A stretch of 61,467 nucleotides of DNA, filler included, from Basidiobolus ranarum (taxonomy: Eukaryota), in NCBI GenBank assembly GCA_040143965.1. It is 14 parts of 14 records of this genome, joined end to end, with 100 filler letters (N's around TTAATTAATTAA, not from the genome) between each part and the next. Parts side by side here need not be neighbours in the genome. Positions count along the whole stretch, not along the records: positions 8,822 to 13,128 come from JASJQH010002020.1; positions 13,229 to 17,533 come from JASJQH010002021.1; positions 17,634 to 21,936 come from JASJQH010002022.1; positions 22,037 to 26,338 come from JASJQH010002023.1; 10 more parts are not named here. The stretch is one strand, 5' to 3'. The position numbers and the translations under genes are program-made. This document shows positions 11,996 through 23,238 of this stretch, in pieces. Under the pieces are notes generated by a model that did no database searches, was not told the DNA's origin, and worked only from the letters and a program-made list of their open reading frames with translations. Positions within the stretch are counted from its first letter, which is position 1. Every line of letters begins with the position of its first letter.

Positions 11996-13128
11996 ATGGA
12001 ATACACATACGAACAACCTATCATGTCGCCAACAAAAGCCATCGACGCTCCTTCAATTCTTATAAATTTAGCCACCGTTCCCAACGCCTTTCCTAGTCCC
12101 AAAATGGATACAGTCAAGACGACCCTCGTAAAGCCCAACCATAGTTTTACGAAGGAAACTTCCTGGACTTATTCACAAACACGTATAATTGATGAGGGAT
12201 TTTTCGATAAGACGAAAGTTGAACGAGGAATAAAAACTTACACTGAACCAGAATATTCATTAAAACCTCAACTTAACCTCGATAGATTCGCCAGTAATTA
12301 TAAGTCCTGTTTATCGACAAACCTTCCAAAAATTCTTAAAAGAGACGCCACTGAGGACCTTTCTACTTTTACCCCTGTCGCGAAAAAACCTCTTCGTTCC
12401 AAATCGGATAGCCGCTTACTAGATGATTCATTACTTGATACACCATTGAGCGATTGCTCGGATATGGATCAACTCCCGCTACCGGCAGGATTTGGTGAGG
12501 TAGAACTCGAGGCAATTCGGATTTTGGGATCATTTAGTCAACCTCGTGATTCTAATGGATTATCCACCTTGGAAGGAACTAGCACCATTAATTCACCTCG
12601 GACAACTCCTGTAGAATGCACACTTCCACAACAACAACAGTTAGTTCAACTACAATTGAAGTCCGACTCACCCATCATGGCACCAAGGCTCATGTATGAT
12701 ACTTCAAATCAAAGCTCACCAATCTCTAGTAGGGCTAGCTCTCCAAAACCATTGGATAGAAGAACAGCGCGTCGAAGTCAGACTGGCACGGCAATGAATC
12801 AACACTCAGAACCAGTAAGTCCAGCAAGCAGTGGAATGGAGGAATCACGTAGTGATGAAGAAGGACGCTCACCAGGGATATTCCGGTGTGAGCATCCTAG
12901 CTGTGGGAAGACATTTGGCAGACTGTACAACCTCAAATCACACACACGGACACACACAGATGACCGACCATTCAAGTGTGGTCAATGTGAGCAAGCATTC
13001 AGTCGTAATCATGATTTGAAGAGACACCAGAAGATCCACACTGGGATCAAACCTTTCGAGTGTGCGGCATGTGGGAAGAAGTTCTCTAGGATGGACGCAC
13101 TCGGTAGACATCGGGCCAAGAAGCCAGA
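11996..13128 (+). CDS. C2H2 zinc-finger transcription factor (Crz1-like fingers), truncated by contig end
   Basis: Ser/Pro-rich N-terminus, then CEHPSCGKTFGRLYNLKSHTRTH, RPFKCGQCEQAFSRNHDLKRHQKIH and KPFECAACGKKFSRMDALGRH. Confidence 0.9.
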
Positions 13129-13738
13129 NNNNNNNNNNNNNNNNNNNNNNNNNNNNNNNNNNNNNNNNNNNNTTAATTAATTAANNNNNNNNNNNNNNNN
13201 NNNNNNNNNNNNNNNNNNNNNNNNNNNNACATGATCAAAGTATTTCATCATCCGAGAAAGATATACCCACGAATACTGATATCCAAGGCTCTATTGTGGC
13301 CCATTTAGATTTCTGTAACAATCCAAACAGCACCGTTACTTTGATTTCCAAACTTTGTAGCTGTATGTAAAATAATGTCAGCTTTGGCATGCTTTTGTAC
13401 AAGCAATAAACTCCCCGCTAAATGTCCAATTTACTGTAGTGGTTATTGAAAGCAATTTGTGATGGCCCACTTTCAATGCAATTTTGTGGTTCTCTGCATA
13501 GTTATGTTACTATTTATAGTAATAACATGTTCAAGGTTAAAAAGATTCCATACATTGTTCCGAATGGTTTGATCCTTATTATCACCTAGCTAGTGAACGT
13601 AAATCTGATTTATTTCTTGATTACATTTACATCTGTCTTTGTGGATGATCTATTTAATTTGCTCTTTCTGCAACCAATTATGCAAGTACAGCAAGCCTGC
13701 AATGGACAATAATGTCCGGGTTGTTCATTTGACCTTTC

Positions 13739-15048
13739 TCAAACTTCTAAAGCCTTCTGACTCTGTTGGCACCAAGTAAGTCGCTTATGTAGGAACAGCG
13801 CCACATACACAAGTATTAGTAGAATTGGTACTTCGATCAGCGGCCCAATGGTGGCAGCTAAGGCTTCTTCTGAGCTTATTCCATACACTCCCACCGCAAC
13901 AGCAATGGCCAACTCAAAATTATTACTTCCAGCAGTAAAAGACTGCGTAACTACAATATTGTACGGATAATGAAGCGCCCGTAGTAGCAGAAAAGTGGTG
14001 AAAAACATGATAATAAAGTACAGCAGCATAGGGACGGCAACACGGCATACAGAACCAATATTCTCAATGATACTATGTCCTTGATTTGCAAACATCACAA
14101 TAATCGTATACAAGAGACCAATCAAAGCAAGTGGGCCAATGCGCGGTAAAAACTTTCTGTTATACCATTCATCCCCCTTTACAAAGCGAAGGCTGTATCG
14201 CGTGATAGCACCGGCAACTAGTGGAATACCAAGGTAGATGAGAACAGATTTTGATACAACCCATATACTGAGATTCGCCTTCTGATGATTCTCTGCGCCA
14301 AACCATGCTGGAATGATATCAATAAACAATATACTATAGGGAGAATAGAGAGCTATTTGAAGTATTGAGTTAATTGCCACTAGAATTGCGCAGTAATCTG
14401 GGTCGCCTCCTGCCAGTTGATTCCAGATCAGGACCATGGCAATGCAGCTAAGGTGTACATTTGTTAATCATTGCTTATCATTCAGAATATTGAATAGAAG
14501 CACTTACCGAGCAAGTCCAACCATGATAACGCCTGAGCGATAGCCTGGAAGGTCTGGTAATGTAGCCCAGGCCAGTGCGGTCATGATAATGGGACCTATG
14601 ATCCAGTTTAAAATTATTGAGATTCCCATTTGTATCCAGATCTGACGATGCTTGAAAATTCTGTGCATCTTCTCGTATTGAACTTTACAAAGAACTGGAT
14701 ACATCATGACAAGAAGGCCAATGGCAATAGGTACGGAAACAGTATCAAATTGGATGGTTGCAAAAGCCTCTTCTACTCCGGGAACAAAATATCCTATCAG
14801 TACCCCCGTAATCATTGCAGCAATAATCCATACTGCAAGGTACTTGTCTAGGAACCCTAAGTTTTCAATAAACGCTGAAAGGAGAACGTATTAATTGAGA
14901 TGAGGTGGGTGCAAATCAAGTAATAAATTCAAAGCTTACACGACAATTCATCACCAGTTGCCGTTTTATCAACACCTGAGTCGTAGTTATGGTTGCCAGA
15001 TTGAGCACTATTGCTCACTTCTGATTTTTCACAATGTTTGTCGGCCAT
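13739..15048 (-). CDS. ACR3: ACR3 arsenite/antimonite efflux permease, 3 exons (15048-14940, 14874-14508, 14447-13739)
   Basis: LGFLDKYLAVWI, PIAIGLLVMMYPVLCKVQYE, LNWIIGP, GLARCIAMVLIW across an intron, GSNNFELAIAVA, IGPLIEVP. Both GT-AG introns splice in frame. Confidence 0.96.
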
Positions 15049-15583
15049 TCTTTGAAGTATCTGTTGATTCCAATTCCACTTATATACCGTGCTACTCATC
15101 CTGAATCACGTGCTCTTGCCAATCACCTTTCGTGTATTTCAAATACTACTTAATCAACTTGACCCGCCCAAATCAAATAGCATAAATCAAATAGGAGGCG
15201 TGACCTTAATAGTGTGTACTAGATGGGAGTGGAACAAACTCATTTGAAATGGGCCAATGAGTTTTTATTGAGTCCTAGCTTAGCTCATGTGACATGACCA
15301 ATGGTTGCTCGTGGATCTGATATTGCTTGAAATTGATACTCGCCTGATTGTCATGGTTTGTTGATTGGCCTGACTATCTTGGCTTATTGAAATGTTACTG
15401 CAATTCCAATATAGAAATGATTTAGAATGAATGCAGCCAAATACAGGCCAACAAATGATCTGATGATACTTCCTATCACCTGATCATCCCAATAGATTTC
15501 TTTGTTTTTCAAATACCACACTAGTATAAACAGTATTAATTTCAAGATGAATGCTATCGAATATTATCAAATCTATCTTCAAT

Positions 15584-16057
15584 ATGTCAAAGGTATTGTT
15601 TGTTTGCCGCCACAATTCATGTCGCTCGCAAATGGCTGAAGGACTTGCTATTTTCCTAGGCGGAGTCAACGGAGTTACCCCAGTCTTTGACCTTGTTTCT
15701 AGTGCCGCTCTGGAGGGATTAGCTGATATAAACCCTGATGCAAAGTTAGTTATGAGCAACATTGGTGTGGATATTTCAAGCCACTACTCAAAAATGATTG
15801 ACTCTTTTTCACCGCAAGACTTTGATATTGTTATCTCCATGTGTGGCTGCGGTGGTTCAGTAATAGCGGAGTGGAGGGAGGGAAAACGCTTCGAGGATTG
15901 GAATGTGTTGGATCCCACAGGATACGACGTTGATACATTTATTACCGTACGAAACGAAATTGAGAGTAGAGTGAAGGAGTTAATTCGTTCCATTATAGAG
16001 CAGAGACCACCAACCTACTCCCTTTATACCGCTGACAGGTGTTCACTTTCTTTGTAA
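15584..16057 (+). CDS. arsC: Arsenate reductase ArsC, LMW-PTP fold, cyanobacterial glutaredoxin-type signature; intronless (alternative ATG at 15551)
   Basis: KVLFVCRHNSCRSQMAEG (CX5R loop), GVDISSHYSK, DFDIVISMCGCG, FEDWNVLDPTG, VRNEIESRVKEL. Divergent from ACR3. Confidence 0.9.
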   Translation: MSKVLFVCRHNSCRSQMAEGLAIFLGGVNGVTPVFDLVSSAALEGLADINPDAKLVMSNIGVDISSHYSKMIDSFSPQDFDIVISMCGCGGSVIAEWREGKRFEDWNVLDPTGYDVDTFITVRNEIESRVKELIRSIIEQRPPTYSLYTADRCSLSL

Positions 16058-16439
16058 CCAGTTACTTACAAGTAAAATATTACTATGCCGTTCCATATGT
16101 ATGGTTGTATACAAAGTGTATGAGATAGTTGTTTCATTTTGGGTACCGAAACATACCAAGTGATATGAAAGGTTTTAGCTTATAAAGTCATACACTCTAT
16201 TGCCCAAAAATTATTCATTTTTTTGCATGATTCTGTCAACTGACAATATTTCATCTTTGACTTCATTCTTTAATGTGCTATTTGTCACATTGCTTAAGCA
16301 GTGTTTGAATGATAGTTCTTTACGTCACGAAGGTGATTCCATCATTCTTGGGGATATTATGTACATTTATACTCTGTGAAGTGAGTGAATCAGTTGTGAG
16401 TGCAACATGGTTTTAATACTAAGATTTCACATAATATAG

Positions 16440-17533
16440 GTGCAATGAAAAGCTCCTAGTGGTGTGAACCTTATTTAGCTTATATACTAATCGCTACAAA
16501 TGGACAATTAGGGAGGGATGAAAAGTACCAGAAGGTCTAATCTTTATTTATCTCAAGTCAGGTTATTGATGTCCTTGTAAGGGCAAGGATGAAAAGAGGG
16601 GGTCTGGGGATGCAGTCCTTCCAATATAAAAAGAACGCAGGGGGTATAGGGGATGTAATCCCTCATGTAAAGAAGAGAGCAGGGGGTTTAGGGGGATGAA
16701 AAGCTCTGGTTGGTGTGGACTTTGTTTAGCTTATATACTAATCTAAAAACAGTGACAATCAAGACATCAATCTTCAAAGTTATTGTAACAAAAGTGGAAC
16801 ATTTCCATACTTATTGTGATGACCAATGTAATTAAGTTCTGAGGATTTATATATAGTGATAAGGGGCACAATTCAGGGGGATAAAAAGCACCAGATTGTG
16901 TGGACTTCATTTAGCTTAAGTATTGATCTAAACAAAGTGACAATAAAGACATCAATCTTTTAAGTTAATATAACAATACTGCATCATATCCATACTTAAC
17001 TCAATGACCAATGTAATCAAGCTCAGAGGATGTAAATGTCAAAGTATTTGGGAGCCTGTTGGAAGTGGTTTGGAGAATTAGATGGTTAGGGGGGATAATA
17101 GGCACCAGAAGATGCAATATTTTCTTATCAATTCAAACAAAGTAAATAAATAAATAAGCCAGGTTAGAATGTAATATTCGAACATAAAGTCAAGATGTTG
17201 ACAGACCTAAATTTCCTAGTAAGCTAGGCCTTAGAGTATTCTAGAAGGGATGGGGCCTGAGCAGAGTTTTCCAGAAGGGATGGAGCCAAAGGTAGGGTAT
17301 AGATGTTCTGGTAAGGGTAAGGGAGGGTAAGGATGAAAAGAGGGGGTCTGGGGGATGCAGTCCTCCCAGTATAAAAAGAAAGCAGAGGGTATGAGTTAGG
17401 GGGGATAGGGGGGATGAAAAGCACCAGATGGTGTAGACTTTATTTAGCTTAAATACTAATCTAAACAAAGTGACAATCAAGACATCAATCTTTTGAGATA
17501 TTGTGATAATACTGAATCATATCCATACTTAAC
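16440..17533. repeat. Unclassified G-rich compound repeat with internal degenerate tandem units
   Basis: Unit GGGGGATGAAAAGCACCAG...TTATTTAGCTTA.ATACTAATCT near 16444, 16695, 16880 and 17413. Block GGATGAAAAGAGGGGGTCTGGGG(G)ATGCAGTCC near 16587 and 17331. Short LTR-B piece at about 17037-17085. Confidence 0.75.
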
Positions 17534-17653
17534 NNNNNNNNNNNNNNNNNNNNNNNNNNNNNNNNNNNNNNNNNNNNTTAATTAATTAANNNNNNNNNNN
17601 NNNNNNNNNNNNNNNNNNNNNNNNNNNNNNNNNTGATAAGAACGAATGTACCA

Positions 17654-19377
17654 TCAAACTGAATCATGATCACTTGAACCAGTAACTGACTGACTGTGAT
17701 GTCGGGTGTTGTGAACTTTCTCATCCGCTTCAGATCCACATTCCGTATCCGAAGCGTAGTTGGTAATTCTGATATTAGGAATGCGGTCTTGATCCTGTAC
17801 TTTATTACCACCACGTCTTTCTTTCTCCAAGTCAATCCAGCGTTGCATCACGTATTTAGAGCACTTATCTGCACCAGGTAACTCCTTCATTATAGCTGTT
17901 AGAAATATACCCAACAAATGTCTCTAGAGACTTAACATACTTGGATGTGCTTAGTAATTCCCAGGTTATTAATTCCATATAGTTGCGGTCCACTTGCGTG
18001 GGTTTTAGCACCAAACCCTTTGGCCATAATCTCGTCAAGTACTTGTTTCCAAACTCCGCTAGCCGAATTTGCTACAAATTTGCGACCAGGTTGATCTTCA
18101 GCTGTGACCTGAAACTGGAGAAAACTTTTAATATATATGTTGCAGAAAAGAAGAGATTTTGTACTGACTATTGGAGCTTCTCCGCCATCTAAAATCTCGG
18201 AAACATAGGTAGCTTTTTTGTTCCCATCCAGCATACTAGTATAAACTTTTTCACTCTGGAATCCAACTGGCCATATGAAACGAGGAGTATGGTACGCTTC
18301 TTTGTCCCATATAACTCTTCCTGCATGATACAGTTTGGTTATACTATAAAAAAATGTATCCCCCTAAGAATCAGAATTTACATACCGATATTAGCAATAG
18401 TAACCTCATCACCACCTTTACCTACCGTAACAGGTAGAATCAATTTGCCTTCTTTGTCTTTTGGGAGGTGCTAGATCCAATAAAAATAACGTTGTGAGTT
18501 ATCAAATAAAAGATGAAAGGTAATACATTAATATAGCATATATCTTTAGGTTACCTCAATGGGCTTGGCATCTGTACGATCATCGCGTTTCTAGTGTACA
18601 ATAAACTGAATATCACAAAATACTATACTTAAAGAATATAATCTACATACACCAGTGCGTCGTCTACGCTTAACTTTGGCCTCTACAGCCAATTGGGCCT
18701 ACACAAAATGTGTTGAGAAAATTTCATTCAAAACAAGAAACTAACAACGATCTCTTACCCGACTCTTTTCTCTCTCACGATGAGTTTTTGATGGCCGAGC
18801 CTTACTTTTTGCATCTATACATTAAAGCACCTTCAATGTCAAATACTTCCTCTAAAATAAACACCAAACTATCAACCAACCTAAGGAAGGAAATATAGCC
18901 TCTTCATCACTTTCGGGATCACTCTCAACTCGTTTATCAGAAGTGCTAGAATTCTCCGACGCATCGCTTAACAGTTCGTCATCAGAGGTGGATCTAAGTA
19001 GCAATATTTCAACTCAGTATTAAAGAATACTATTTTCATGAATATATCACAATCTGCTTACAAGAGATCTTCAACACTTGGTCTCAGCTCCATGGCAAGA
19101 TCAAGTAAATGTCTAAAATAGTGCGTACAAAATAAGCAAAGTTATTCTGTCATCCAACATAATATCATTCTAACCCATTTTCACGAGAGAGTTTCTTTAC
19201 TTTCTTCTCGATTTTCTCATAAGTCGCTATCAACTTTTCATTTTCCTGAGTAGTAGGAAAGGCAACATGTGTTTAAATGGAGTTCGTTGATACACAAGAA
19301 TATTCGAAATAGATAGCTACCTCGGCTGCATCGTAGAACCGATTCTTAATTTTGTGATATTTTTCTTTGTATGCCAT
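17654..19377 (-). CDS. TBRG1/NIAM-like protein: INO80E-like N-terminal coiled coil plus FYR-N/FYR-C domain, multi-exon
   Basis: MAYKEKYHKIKNRF|ENEKL...LSRENG|HLLDL, then IWPVGFQSEKVYTSM, YVSEILDGGEAP|FQVTAEDQP, SASGVWKQVL, SGPQLYGI, ELPGADKCSKY. Several GT-AG introns. Confidence 0.82.
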
Positions 19378-21696
19378 GGTGTGAAGCGTTCGAAATAATA
19401 ACCTTTAATGGTGCAAAAGACTATTATTACCTCGTGTCAAATCACATTGTAAACGTCATTTGCTCAGCATTTAAGAATTTGAATCGATCAATGGCGCTTC
19501 GATCAATTTTCAATATATACTTCTCGCGATAATTTTTAATAATCCGAGGGATAATATTTGGGCTACTCTGAATATACAATTTTGAGCGGCAGCCTCTTCT
19601 TGATATGGCATTCAAAGTATTGGTTGGTTGCAAACTGCACAAAAATAGCCGCCATGAATCGCAAAAAATTCCGTAATAATCAACGAACACCTTCATAAGT
19701 GTTCAGGCTATTGAAGATATTTAACCGTTATCGTTGGTTACTTAATGTCGACATCAATCCACGATTGACGCGGGGTGAAAAGTACAAGAACATATGTTCA
19801 CGATGACAATATCCAGGTGGGATGCGTTTTTGACTCCTTGGATTGGGATAACAATCATGAGCTAGAGTTGGAAAGTCTAGACATCTAGTTATTGAAGGTT
19901 TGAAAGATAAAAATGATCACGTTTCGGAAAAGATTGGGTTGCTTGTGGAACTCTGAATGCTTCTTGAGTAACATTACCTCTGCTCACCTTGCGCTACTAA
20001 CCATCTGTTACTAGCTGGTGAGAAAAAGCTATTAATACTCTCTGGTCACACCTTCTAAGACTGCGAGAGCTACGGTGCTAAGTCAGAACTCAAGCATCGA
20101 TTAAATGAAATGCATAAGGAAAGTTGCTCATGGGGCTGCCTGTTAGTGTCGGTTCAAAGCAATTCCATCAACAACTGGTCATGTTATAGCCTTGTTCGCG
20201 CAGTGTTTTTCGAATTCAGATCAAACTTGAGAAGCAGCCAATGATGTAACGAAGAGCCAAGAGATTTCAAATTGTTGCTCAAAGTAAGGTTAAGCGATTC
20301 TAGATTATCGACCTTTTGAAAAGAAAATAGAATGCACTAATTAAGTAAAAACAATTATACGTGACTCATCAATCAACCAAAGAAGCCTTAATTCAAATAC
20401 TGACCTGGTTCTAAAAAGAACATACTCCGCGATTCTCCATTGCCATTTGATATCTGGCAGACTCTGGCAGTCCACACCCTGCGAACGCTGTAGCTATCAT
20501 CATATCGGTCACGTAGCATTTTAACCGTTAAGAGATCTCCGTGACACAATCCCACTTGAAAATGAAGTAATACACCAGTTGCTGGAAGATACGACCGGGT
20601 TTACAGTTGATACTTGTGCTTAATTGTCTAATTTCATAGGCGTGCGAACTATCAGGTTGTTAGTTTCCAATCGCAATGTTGATTCGTAAGTTATTAGAAA
20701 CATCAGGAACAAACTAATCGCGATTTGTGTGAGGCATCATCTTAAAGAGACTATTTGACCACTCGTTGAGCCTGCTGGAAACTAGTCAAGTCGATCAGAA
20801 GATGGCCAAAGCACTGTCATGTCATTGTAGATGAGACTTGATATGTGGCTATCTTACTGGCCGTTTATTTCTGTAGGGAGGATACGCTCGTGCTGTCTCT
20901 TGAACTAATTTGTCCTGAAAACTCCAACTTGTGGCTCTTTAACGGTCCAATCAACGTGGCAGCATACTAATTTGGCTTACATGATAAAAGGAACTGATGT
21001 AATGATATGCACTGTACCCACCTATGCGTGGAGCGAAGGCATCTCTTTTTTGCAACTCTGCAGTTCATAAGTCAATGAAAAATTTGTAAATTGTTCTTCG
21101 AATTTGCATGACCTTCCATTGGTTGTGAGTCATTGGATAAAGTTAAAGTTTGTGTAATATATTGGTAATCAATTCACTTGTATTAGCATTAGAATCATTC
21201 CAAAAACAGCGTTTGCTCGAGAATTGAGCCCAAAGAATAGCAATTAATGAACCTTATTATCGATTACCTTCCATCTCTGGACACGGCAAAAAAATGTCAC
21301 TTCTATATTTATTCATGTTATCATTTTAAGCCAATCTCCTTGTATGATCGGTTGGTTCTTGGCTGTGGAAGATTGTAATTACCTCAAGAGATTCCTTTCT
21401 CTTCTAGGTTTGGCCTCTCATTTGTTACCCATGCTCATTTGCTTAGCCAATGACTGGTCTCAACATAATACTATAAAGCCTGACATGCATCTTTTCATTA
21501 TGGTATTCTTCGTTTTGGTTCAAGTCGCATTCCACTCAGTCCCTACACACATTCTTCGAGTCCATTGATTCTTCTCTTTGTTTTATTTTTGCATAGTTGT
21601 AATTTTATCGAAGAAACATAGCCAGTAACTCCCCTAGGAGTCATCCACCATTCCATTTCACTATATTAAAGACTTTTCACTTGAACCAAGGACGAT

Positions 21697-21936
21697 ATGA
21701 ATAACGTCGAACTCAGCTCATTAGATTCTGGGACTAGGACTTTCTATTCCGAGGAACCTAAGATCAATGATATAGAAAAGACTATCGTTGACAAGAAGGA
21801 GAGTGAGCCAGGCCTCCAAAGAACTTTGAAGGCTCGCCATCTTTCCATGATTTCAATCGGTGGTACTATTGGTACTGGGTTATTCCTTGCCAGTGGTAAT
21901 TCCATCTCCCAAGCTGGTCCAGGTGGTGCACTTGTT
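21697..21936 (+). CDS. APC-superfamily amino-acid permease, N-terminus, truncated by contig end
   Basis: LQRTLKARHLSMISIGGTIGTGLFLASG...AGPGGAL. Confidence 0.93.
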
Positions 21937-22036
21937 NNNNNNNNNNNNNNNNNNNNNNNNNNNNNNNNNNNNNNNNNNNNTTAATTAATTAANNNNNNNN
22001 NNNNNNNNNNNNNNNNNNNNNNNNNNNNNNNNNNNN

Positions 22037-22440
22037 ACTGAGCGACAGTAGAAGCATGTAGATACCTGTTGCTTTCTTAATCTTCACTCTCTTGGACATT
22101 CCTACACAGTTTAGGGAGCCGTGGCAAGGGAAATGCAACTTTATATAGTGAATTCCCAAACCATTTATAGATCGAAGGTCCTTCACGCTTTCGAAATAGA
22201 AACCAATCTGGTCTATCCTTGAGTTGAAATTTTCCTTTTTCAGAGCATCCTGAATATTACTCGCCAACTCTTGCTGTATATCAATATATAGCCATGGATT
22301 GGTTCGATTTTCATCCAGTTCCTAAAGAAGAATCCGTACTTAGCTCATTTCCCTCAATAAATCTTCGATTCCAGTTAAAATTAACCTTTGTCTTGATTGG
22401 AGAGCTTAAGAATAAAAGACTTCTGATAGAGCTTGGGGCT
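22037..22440 (-). CDS. Exons of an unidentified gene running off the contig start
   Basis: Open frame ELDENRTNPWLYIDIQQELASNIQ... follows a CTTTAG acceptor near 22322, preceded by a GT-AG intron and a short exon. No family recognised. Confidence 0.35.
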
Positions 22441-23163
22441 ATTTAAAAATTTCGTTGAGATAGCTTTTGGATTGGCCATTTTAAGGAGTGGCACTAGTTA
22501 ATCTCAGCAGAGGCCTAATTTGGTCCTAGAAATAAGTGTGTAAATTTTACTATGCAAGCACTCTCTCATCTTACTAGTATTCACTCTTACGACCGAAGGC
22601 ACGTTGTCGAACATATATAGCAACGTACACAGATGGGCTGGTTATGACTCAGTTACTCAACAGCATTTAGGGCACCCCTTGGGCTGGTATAAACGAAGCA
22701 AAGTAATCTAGTCAATTCTAGGTTGCCTTGCTAGCAATAGAACTGATGCAAACTCGGCCAAACATATCTCAAGAAATGCTGTTACAAGTAACTTTGTATT
22801 AGCTATGATGTACGTGGTACTTCATACGATCGCTTAGTGATCACTCTATAATGAATCAGTTCAAGAATCCTTGAGAATGCAACCAGAGTATTTGATAGTG
22901 TATGCTAGAGCCACACTGGCCAATGCGTGATCTTTGTTTGCATCTATACACTACTTATGTACCAGGTATCCATGGAGCTCACGGTTCTTTTAAGATGTAA
23001 GCTTAAAAATAGCATCGAGTGGTACCAAGATAGCCTAATATAGCCAGCTGAATACTCTCAAACATTGGTCTACGAGATTGTAGATGTTTAGATGCTTTTG
23101 ACCATTATAAACGATCTCTCCTGCCTAGAATTTAATCTAGAAATGCGAATAATCATCCTATTT

Positions 23164-23238
23164 ATACATGTTCTACAATAGTCTGCATATGCATGCTCTA
23201 TGGTAATCTAGATATACATGCTCTATAATAAGGTACAT
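23164..23238. repeat. Degenerate 25-bp tandem repeat x3
   Basis: ATACATGTTCTACAATAGTCTGCAT / ATGCATGCTCTATGGTAATCTAGAT / ATACATGCTCTATAATAAGGTACAT. Confidence 0.65.

Noticed and set aside
19400-21690. Long CpG-rich intergenic region searched for ncRNA or small genes
   Set aside because: No convincing ORF, snoRNA box pair or ribozyme core was visible. It is probably the shared upstream region of two divergent genes.
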